From an uncultured bacterium (lineage in GTDB: Bacteria > Patescibacteriota > Saccharimonadia > Saccharimonadales > Saccharimonadaceae): 19,342 nt of DNA. A program made the position numbers and the translations under genes. The notes under the pieces were generated by a model, which was not told the origin of the DNA, ran no database searches, and saw only the letters and a list, made by a program, of their open reading frames with translations. This document shows positions 7,702 to 13,244 of this stretch, piece by piece. Numbering within the stretch: the first letter of the stretch is position 1; each line of letters opens with the position of its first letter. The DNA lies in contig CAIMUU010000049.1 in the NCBI GenBank assembly GCA_903844835.1, positions 1-19,342 on the forward strand. Reading direction: 5' to 3'.

Positions 7702-8688
7702 ATGCTCAGTATCTACCCTAAAAGATTAAAACATCTTAAGGTTATCAATAAAGGTTTTACGATTGTAGAGTTGCTAGTCGTAATAGTAATTATTGGCATT
7801 CTGGCAGCTATAACTATAGTCAGCTATCGCGGAGTATCTCAACGCGCTAAAATTTCATCTATGCAATTTGATTTGTCTAATGCTTCAAGGCAGTTAAAAC
7901 TATTTCAAGTAGCTAGCCCAACGAACGATTATCCAACCGCAAACAATTGCTCAGCCCCTATTGCGACTGAAATTTGTCTAAAATCTAGTCGTGGTAATAC
8001 CTATACATATACACCTAATAATGCATCTAACCCTAAGACCTTTACGCTAACTGCGACTAATGGTACGACAGTCTATTCTGTAACTGATGTCACATCACCA
8101 ACCGCAGTAGTGTCATTAGCTATCTCTGACCCAGCTAACTGGTTACAGGTCGGCACTCAAGTATGGGCTAAATATAACCTGAATGTCGGCACTATGGTTA
8201 TTGGCGTAACTGACCAAACTAACAACTCAGTAATCGAGAAGTACTGCTACGACGACACTGAGAGCAACTGTACGACCTACGGTGCCATCTATCAATGGAG
8301 TGAAGCTATGCAATATGCTACGACAGCTGGTGCTCAAGGCATTTGCCCAGTTGGCTCACATATTCCAACCGATGCTGAATGGAAAACACTCGAAATGCAA
8401 TTGGGTATGACTCAGGTTCAAGCTGACGCTACCGACTTCCGTGGCACCAACCAGGCATATCAACTAATACCTGGCGGTAGTTCGGGGCTAAACATCCCAC
8501 TTGCCGGCGTCCGCAACTACTATGACGGTTCGTTTGGTGGCGATCTGTTGGTGGACGTCTACTTGTGGTCTAGTTCTGGGTCTGGTAGTAATGCCTGGGG
8601 TCGCGGCTTTAGCGATATTAGTGGACTTGTGGATAGGATTTGGACCGACAAAGCTTACGGCTTTTCGGTTCGTTGCGTCGGAAATTGA
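7702..8688 (+). CDS. Type IV pilin / pseudopilin with a C-terminal FISUMP (Fibrobacter succinogenes major paralogous) domain
   Basis: 328 aa; SD aaggaaag at 7690-7697. The class III signal is MLSIYPKRLKHLKVINKG|FTIVELLVVIVIIGILAAI, with Glu at +5 after the predicted cleavage. A Cys83..Cys92 pair is present. From about aa 147 (nt 8140) the FISUMP hallmarks appear: VWAKYNLNVG, CYDD..C..YGAIYQWSEA, CPVGSHIPTDAEWKTLE, LPLAGVRNYYDGSFGG, YLWSSS, AYGFSVRCV. Confidence 0.88.
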   Translation: MLSIYPKRLKHLKVINKGFTIVELLVVIVIIGILAAITIVSYRGVSQRAKISSMQFDLSNASRQLKLFQVASPTNDYPTANNCSAPIATEICLKSSRGNTYTYTPNNASNPKTFTLTATNGTTVYSVTDVTSPTAVVSLAISDPANWLQVGTQVWAKYNLNVGTMVIGVTDQTNNSVIEKYCYDDTESNCTTYGAIYQWSEAMQYATTAGAQGICPVGSHIPTDAEWKTLEMQLGMTQVQADATDFRGTNQAYQLIPGGSSGLNIPLAGVRNYYDGSFGGDLLVDVYLWSSSGSGSNAWGRGFSDISGLVDRIWTDKAYGFSVRCVGN

Positions 8689-8706
8689 TTTGACCACTTT
8701 GATTAT

Positions 8707-8721
8707 TCAAAAAACGTAAAA
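8707..8721 (+). repeat. Right copy of the short direct repeat flanking the pilin gene (tcaaaaaacgtaaaa)
   Basis: See the left copy at 7676-7688. The wider context gattattcaaaaaacgtaaaaaagcc (8701-8726) also resembles caattattaaaataataaacgtagtataaacc (7631-7662), which lies just after the ftsK stop. Confidence 0.4.
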
Positions 8722-8757
8722 AAGCCAGAACCATTTGTCGCTAGTGTAATATTAGTC

Positions 8758-8844
8758 GCCAGATCACGCAAAGTGCTGATATCGAGTGTCGATGGATTGT
8801 CTGGCGGTACCAGCAGCTCTGATCTTTGTGACGAAGACCTCTAG
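8758..8844 (+). pseudogene. Ghost copy of the ftsK 3' end (start-less fragment, diverged from 7538-7627)
   Basis: In-frame reading gives ARSRKVLISSVDGLSGGTSSSDLCDEDL*. The true FtsK C-terminus is ARSREVLISSVDELGGSSINGSSDDDFAE*. The nucleotide core gtgctgatatcgagtgtcgatg matches gtgcttatatcgagtgttgatg at 20 of 22 positions. The ORF track reports no ORF covering it. Confidence 0.6.
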
Positions 8845-8861
8845 ATTTATCCACAGTTTGC

Positions 8862-8870
8862 TGTTATAAT
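8862..8870 (+). promoter_or_regulatory. Extended -10 promoter element for the rpsF operon (TGtTATAAT)
   Basis: tgttataat at 8862-8870, about 70 nt upstream of the rpsF ATG. The downstream context (tataatac) is the same as in the ftsK promoter. Confidence 0.45.
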
Positions 8871-8888
8871 ACAAGGGTTATTAACTCG

Positions 8889-8923
8889 GCTTGTATCTTA
8901 GTACAAGCATCCATAAGACGGAT
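8889..8923 (+). promoter_or_regulatory. rpsF 5' leader hairpins (possible S6:S18 autoregulatory leader)
   Basis: A perfect 7-bp hairpin, gcttgta-tcttag-tacaagc, spans 8889-8908. A 4-bp hairpin, atcc-ataagac-ggat, spans 8909-8923. Both sit directly upstream of the SD agaggagga (8927-8935). Confidence 0.3.
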
Positions 8924-8940
8924 TCCAGAGGAGGAAATCT

Positions 8941-9291
8941 ATGAAAGAATACGAACTAACAGTTCTAATTCATCCCGACCTAGAGGTCGACATCGAGACG
9001 CCACTTAAAAAAGTGCGCGGCCTAATTACATCTGCCGGTGGCAGTATTGTAAGTGAGGACAATTGGGGCAAGAAACGTTTAGCATATCGAATCAAAAACG
9101 AGGACTTCGCAGTCTACGTTTATTTTGATATCAATTTGCCATCCGACGCGCCTCTCAAGATTAGTAATGCGCTAAATATCTCAGACGAAGTATTACGCTA
9201 TTTATTGGTTGCGGTTGATTTGAAGGGTCGTAAGGCTCTTGAAGAAGCAAAAGCAAATGAGTTAACTAGAGACGCAAATCGAAAGGACTAA
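8941..9291 (+). CDS. rpsF: 30S ribosomal protein S6
   Basis: 116 aa with a strong SD. MKEYELTVLIHPDLE...WGKKRLAYRIKNEDFAVYVYF is typical of S6, and the gene sits in the canonical rpsF-ssb-rpsR order. Confidence 0.94.
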   Translation: MKEYELTVLIHPDLEVDIETPLKKVRGLITSAGGSIVSEDNWGKKRLAYRIKNEDFAVYVYFDINLPSDAPLKISNALNISDEVLRYLLVAVDLKGRKALEEAKANELTRDANRKD

Positions 9292-9296
9292 AACCT

Positions 9297-9737
9297 ATGT
9301 CAAAAAGTATTAACCAAGTAATTTTGATGGGACGCCTAACACGTGACCCAGAGCAACGAACAACTAGCACCGGTAAGGTGATTGTGAGTTTTAGTATTGC
9401 CGTTGACCGCTTTGGTCAAGACGATACAGCTGATTTTTTCAATGTTACAGCATGGGAAAAACTAGGCGAATTGGTAATGCAATATCTAGGTAAGGGCCGA
9501 AAAGTTCTAGTTCAGGGCCGTTTGCGACAAGATAGTTGGGACGACAAAGAGACTGGTAAAAAGCGCAGTAGTATCGAAGTAACAGCGACTGACGTGACAT
9601 TTTTGGACGGTCCAAATGACAAGGTTAGCGACAAGCAACCAAGCGAAAAGCCAAAAAGTTCAAGCAAAAAAACTGATGACGTCGTGATTGAAGATATTGA
9701 CGACAAACCTATTGATTTAAGTGAGATTCCTTTTTAG
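9297..9737 (+). CDS. ssb: Single-stranded DNA-binding protein
   Basis: 146 aa. The OB fold reads NQVILMGRLTRDPEQRTTSTGKVIVSFSIAVDR...FFNVTAWEKLGE...GRKVLVQGRLRQDSW. A disordered acidic tail ends in DLSEIPF. Confidence 0.94.
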   Translation: MSKSINQVILMGRLTRDPEQRTTSTGKVIVSFSIAVDRFGQDDTADFFNVTAWEKLGELVMQYLGKGRKVLVQGRLRQDSWDDKETGKKRSSIEVTATDVTFLDGPNDKVSDKQPSEKPKSSSKKTDDVVIEDIDDKPIDLSEIPF

Positions 9738-9767
9738 GAATTCGCCGATTGGCGAAGAAAGAAAATT

Positions 9768-9971
9768 ATGATAATTAAACGATTTAAAAAAGATATGCCA
9801 GCCTATTTTGACTATAAAGACGTCAAAACATTAGGGCGCTTTATTGATATTTATGGTCAAATCAAGTCTGTTAGCAAGACCGGCCTAAGCGCAAAACAAC
9901 AACGACAATTGTCGATTGCTATCAAGCGTGCCCGCCATTTAGCCATGATGCCATTTATGATTCAGGGTTAA
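9768..9971 (+). CDS. rpsR: 30S ribosomal protein S18
   Basis: 67 aa. DYKDVKTLGRFIDIYGQIKSVSKTGLSAKQQRQLSIAIKRARHLAMMPF is the S18 signature. Confidence 0.92.
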   Translation: MIIKRFKKDMPAYFDYKDVKTLGRFIDIYGQIKSVSKTGLSAKQQRQLSIAIKRARHLAMMPFMIQG

Positions 9972-9975
9972 TTAG

Positions 9976-10542
9976 ATGTCGTACTCACCAACTGAATTAA
10001 AGAAGGGGACTGTCATCCAAATAGATGGCAAGCCTTTTAGAGTAATCGAATATAACCAAAAAGTTGTTGGTCGCGGTGGTAGCATTGTTAACGTCAAAGT
10101 TAAAAACTTGATTGATGGCAGTGTAATACCAAAGACATTCAAGGGCCAAGAGAGAATTGAGCAGGCTGAAGTGTCTAGCCAAACTGTGCAATATTTGTAT
10201 ACAGATGGCACAAAATATTATTTTATGGATCCTGAAACTTTCGAGCAATTTGAATTATCTGCTGATATCGTTGAAGAGTCGGCTGGTTATTTTAAAGAAG
10301 GTGAAAACCTAGGCTTACAATCTTTCAACGGCAATATTACAAATGTGGAGTTGCCAAAGAACGTCTATCTTGAAGTCACCGAGGCTGAAAATGCCGTTAA
10401 GGGTGATACTAGCAGTAGTGTTTCAAAAGACGCCACTCTTGAAACTGGTTTGGTCGTAAGGGTCCCAGCTTTCATAAAAATTGGCGATATTATCTCAGTC
10501 GATACCGAGACTGGCCAATATCGCGAACGTAAAAAGGCCTAG
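9976..10542 (+). CDS. efp: Elongation factor P
   Basis: 188 aa, matching EF-P over the full length: GTVIQIDGKPFRVIEY, QYLYTDGTKYYFMDPETFEQ, GDTSSSVSKDATLETGLVVRVPAFIKIGDIISVDTETGQYRERK. The start is only 4 nt after the rpsR stop. Confidence 0.94.
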   Translation: MSYSPTELKKGTVIQIDGKPFRVIEYNQKVVGRGGSIVNVKVKNLIDGSVIPKTFKGQERIEQAEVSSQTVQYLYTDGTKYYFMDPETFEQFELSADIVEESAGYFKEGENLGLQSFNGNITNVELPKNVYLEVTEAENAVKGDTSSSVSKDATLETGLVVRVPAFIKIGDIISVDTETGQYRERKKA

Positions 10543-10548
10543 GTTGTA

Positions 10549-11379
10549 ATGCCAAAGCAACGGTTGGATGTAGCGTTAACTCAGCGCAAGTTAGCGGCCA
10601 GTCGTTCTCAGTCCGAAAATTGGATTAAATTAGGTAAGGTCTTAGTTAATGGTCAGGTTGTTATGAAACCTGGTCATTTTGTTGGCCCGGATGTTGATAT
10701 AAAAATTACGGCTGAAGTTCAATATGTTAGCCGGGCAGGCCTGAAATTAGAATCAGTTGCCGATGTGTTGAAGCTTGATTTTAGAAATAAAGTTGTGCTC
10801 GATGTCGGCAGTAGCACTGGTGGTTTTACTGATTTTGCCTTACGTCATGGTGCCAAGAAAGTATATGCAGTTGATGTTGGGACCGACCAAATGCATCCAT
10901 CACTGAGGCATAATAAACAAGTTGAATTACATGAAAAGACCGATATTCGTGACTATTTAATGGACGAAATGCCCGATATTGTTGTGATTGACGTGTCGTT
11001 TATTAGTTTGCGGGAAGTTTTGCCCCATATTTACAATTCGTTATCAGACAAGTCGACTCAAGTTGTAGCGATGGTTAAACCGCAGTTCGAAGTGCGTGCT
11101 GAAATTAACCAAAGCACGCATGCTGAGCGAAGCCGAAGCACTGTTAAGATGCCCAACCCTTCGACAGGCTCAGGGTTTTGCAGTTCTCGTAAGGGCGAGA
11201 ACGTGCTCAATAAGGGCGTTATTAAAAACGATTCGATGCGCCGTCAAATTCTAAAAGATTTCGAAGATTGGTCCCGAAAATATTTTGTTATTCAAAATAA
11301 ACGTGATAGTGATGTGGCTGGGGCAAAAGGCAATCAAGAGCGATTTTATTTATTGCGAGCAATAAATAAAATCAAGTAG
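10549..11379 (+). CDS. tlyA: TlyA-family rRNA 2'-O-methyltransferase (S4 domain plus FtsJ-like methyltransferase) carrying a 34-aa in-frame insertion
   Basis: 276 aa. The S4-like N-terminus is RLDVALTQRKLAASRSQSENWIKLGKVLVNG. The SAM-binding site is VLDVGSSTGGFTDFALRHGAKKVYAVDVG. VIDVSFISL, VKPQFE and a C-terminal GAKGNQERFYLL are also present. Confidence 0.87.
   Translation: MPKQRLDVALTQRKLAASRSQSENWIKLGKVLVNGQVVMKPGHFVGPDVDIKITAEVQYVSRAGLKLESVADVLKLDFRNKVVLDVGSSTGGFTDFALRHGAKKVYAVDVGTDQMHPSLRHNKQVELHEKTDIRDYLMDEMPDIVVIDVSFISLREVLPHIYNSLSDKSTQVVAMVKPQFEVRAEINQSTHAERSRSTVKMPNPSTGSGFCSSRKGENVLNKGVIKNDSMRRQILKDFEDWSRKYFVIQNKRDSDVAGAKGNQERFYLLRAINKIK
11107..11208 (+). repeat. Nested-palindrome element of about 102 nt inserted in frame in tlyA (boundaries approximate)
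   Basis: Inverted repeat pairs: agcacg/cgtgct (11113-18 / 11202-07); ctgagc/gctcag (11123-28 / 11168-73); cgaag/cttcg (11134-38 / 11159-63); tctcg/cgaga (11185-89 / 11196-200). The segment encodes NQSTHAERSRSTVKMPNPSTGSGFCSSRKGENVL. This falls where TlyA homologs, as I recall them, run KPQFE, about 8 aa, then KGG. Confidence 0.5.
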
Positions 11380-11431
11380 AAGATAGATTATAGATTTTGG
11401 ATTATAGTATAACAAAATTTGCATCTCAATG

Positions 11432-11463
11432 TTGTGTTACTGCATGGTTTTCGAGCAACACAA
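11432..11463. terminator. Candidate bidirectional terminator hairpin between the convergent tlyA and ychF genes
   Basis: ttgtgtt (11432-38) pairs with aacacaa (11457-63) across an 18-nt loop. On the minus strand the stem is followed by a T-rich run (caaattttgtt). The whole spacer is bracketed by the imperfect inverted repeat agattatagatttt / aaaatctatattctataatct. The stem is AT-rich and the loop large, so this call is weak. Confidence 0.25.
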
Positions 11464-11514
11464 ATTATTAGTGATAGTTTTTCGAGATTTATTCTAAAAT
11501 CTATATTCTATAAT

Positions 11515-12603
11515 CTACTGAGTTTTGCTGACGTTAAAGCGAAATTCGACAACGTCACCTGGTCGCATAACATATTCTTTGCCCTCAGTACGCATTTTGC
11601 CGGCAGTTTTTGCGGCAAATTCTGAGCCAGCTGTCATTAAATCGTTATAATCAACAATTTGAGCGGCAATAAAGCCTCTTTCGAAATCAGTATGAATAAC
11701 ACCTGCGGCTTGAGGCGCAGTTGCGCCTTTTTTGATTGTCCAGGCTCTGACTTCTTTTGGGCCTGCTGTTAGGTAGCTTTGTAGGCCGAGAATATCGTAG
11801 GCAGCATGAACTAGTTGTAGCAAGCCTGTTTCCTTGACGCCATAGCTGGCCAGCAATTCAGCAGACTCGTCAGGTAGTAGCCCGTTTAATTCATCTTCAA
11901 GTTTGGCGCAAACAAATATTGCCTTAGCGGGAGCGACTAGTTTAGCCAGCTCAGTTTTTCGGCTATCATTTACTAGCGTCTCTTCATCAACATTAAACAT
12001 ATAAATAACCGGCTTGGCAGTTAGTAGACTAAGGTCGGAAATATATTCCATATTAAGGTTTGGCAAAGAAGAGGCGAGAGTGCCGGCTTTAAGACGCTCA
12101 AGAAGCTCATTTAGGTAATCAACGATTGCTTTTTTCTTTGGCTGGACTTTCAGCTCTTTGATGACTTTCGGTAAATGAGATTCAATTGTTTGAATATCGG
12201 CCAAGATTAATTCGGTATTTATAATATCGATATCATCGCGTGGGTTAACTTTTTCAGAAACGTGGATAACACTATCATCATGAAAGGCGCGCACGATATG
12301 GATAATTGCTTCGCATTGGCGGATATTCGCCAAAAATTTGTTGCCAAGGCCTTCTCCTTTGCTAGCACCAGCAACAAGGCCAGCGATATCCACAAAAGTG
12401 ACGGTTGCAGGTATTATTTTTGGAGAATTATATAATTCAGCTAATTTACTCAATCGTTGGTCTGGCACAGGCACGATTCCGGTATTTGGCTCAATTGTTG
12501 CAAATGGATAATTAGCCACCAAGATATTATTGTTGGTTAGGGCGTTGAATAAAGTTGACTTCCCAACGTTTGGTAAGCCGACGATGCCAATAGATAAACT
12601 CAT
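11515..12603 (-). CDS. ychF: Ribosome-binding ATPase YchF (Obg-family GTPase/ATPase)
   Basis: 362 aa. G1 is GIVGLPNVGKSTLFNALT and G3 is VDIAGLV. The C-terminal TGS-like region reads RAWTIKKGATAPQAAGVIHTDFERGFIAAQIV. Confidence 0.94.
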   Translation of the reverse strand: MSLSIGIVGLPNVGKSTLFNALTNNNILVANYPFATIEPNTGIVPVPDQRLSKLAELYNSPKIIPATVTFVDIAGLVAGASKGEGLGNKFLANIRQCEAIIHIVRAFHDDSVIHVSEKVNPRDDIDIINTELILADIQTIESHLPKVIKELKVQPKKKAIVDYLNELLERLKAGTLASSLPNLNMEYISDLSLLTAKPVIYMFNVDEETLVNDSRKTELAKLVAPAKAIFVCAKLEDELNGLLPDESAELLASYGVKETGLLQLVHAAYDILGLQSYLTAGPKEVRAWTIKKGATAPQAAGVIHTDFERGFIAAQIVDYNDLMTAGSEFAAKTAGKMRTEGKEYVMRPGDVVEFRFNVSKTQ

Positions 12604-12760
12604 ATCAACATCATACAGAAACAGGGGAGATATTAAAAGCTCCAGAGGTTTATCGAAGTCTTTTATGTCTATTTTTTGATAGAGCTAGTTTCGCTGACTT
12701 TACTGCTGTTCAAACTGCATGATACTTATGTTATTATATAAGCAAATAGACAGGAGACTT

Positions 12761-13243
12761 ATGATTAAAAGGTTGGTATTTGTAGGTATAGCAGTAGCGA
12801 TATTAGCGCTTCTTAGTGGAGGAGTGTGGTGGTTATTCAGTAGTGGTCATTTAATATATTCTGCCTCGGGCCAATCGTCGACAACTGTTTGTAATGCAGA
12901 CATTGTTAACACATATAATGCTGCTATGTATTATCAGCCACGCAATGATGCGACCGAGTCTAGTATTGACCAGCAGGGGGTTAAGGATTTGGTGTCTGAA
13001 ATAAGGACCAAGTCAAATTTCGATGGCGACCCAACTTGCCAGACAATTATTTTTTGGTCGGCTGTTTTGGACGATAATTATAGTGAGGCTCGTACTGCCT
13101 ATGATGCAATAATGAATTTATATGAAAAGCGTGTTTTTGCTGACTCAAATTTAAGAAGCGATCAAGCACTTTTCACTTATGAGCAGGTTATGAACGGCTT
13201 GACGGTTTCGGGTATCATTGAGGATGGTATGTTTGGTGGATAA
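12761..13243 (+). CDS. Hypothetical membrane-anchored protein (N-terminal TM helix plus an extracytoplasmic, probably helical, domain)
   Basis: I prefer the ATG at 12761 (SD aggag at 12752-12756) over the track start at 12719. MIKRLVFVGIAVAILALLSGGVWWLF is a signal anchor. I recognise no family. The stop lies 1 nt before the ATG of the next gene. Confidence 0.55.
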   Translation: MIKRLVFVGIAVAILALLSGGVWWLFSSGHLIYSASGQSSTTVCNADIVNTYNAAMYYQPRNDATESSIDQQGVKDLVSEIRTKSNFDGDPTCQTIIFWSAVLDDNYSEARTAYDAIMNLYEKRVFADSNLRSDQALFTYEQVMNGLTVSGIIEDGMFGG

Positions 13244-13244
13244 T

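Noticed and set aside
8501-8719. 72-aa plus-strand ORF overlapping the pilin 3' end in another frame
   Set aside because: It is out of frame with the FISUMP domain, whose conserved motifs continue to the pilin stop. Its product is hydrophobic and looks like noise.
11121-11140. Possible small self-cleaving ribozyme core (hammerhead-like CTGAGCGAAG) within the tlyA insertion
   Set aside because: The sequence does not match the CUGANGA...GAAA hammerhead core, since position 6 is C, and I see no three-helix junction. The in-frame palindromic repeat explanation is simpler.
11419-11625. 68-aa plus-strand ORF spanning the tlyA/ychF spacer and the ychF 3' end
   Set aside because: It starts in terminator-like repeat DNA and overlaps the conserved ychF C-terminus on the opposite strand. 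It has no SD and no motif.
12604-12760. Possible small RNA or regulatory hairpin in the ychF / hypothetical-gene divergent spacer (ggag..ctcc, T-run at 12671-12676)
   Set aside because: It has only a 4-bp stem. The T-run is not adjacent to it, and a terminator makes no sense between divergent gene starts. The spacer probably just holds two promoters, which I could not place confidently.
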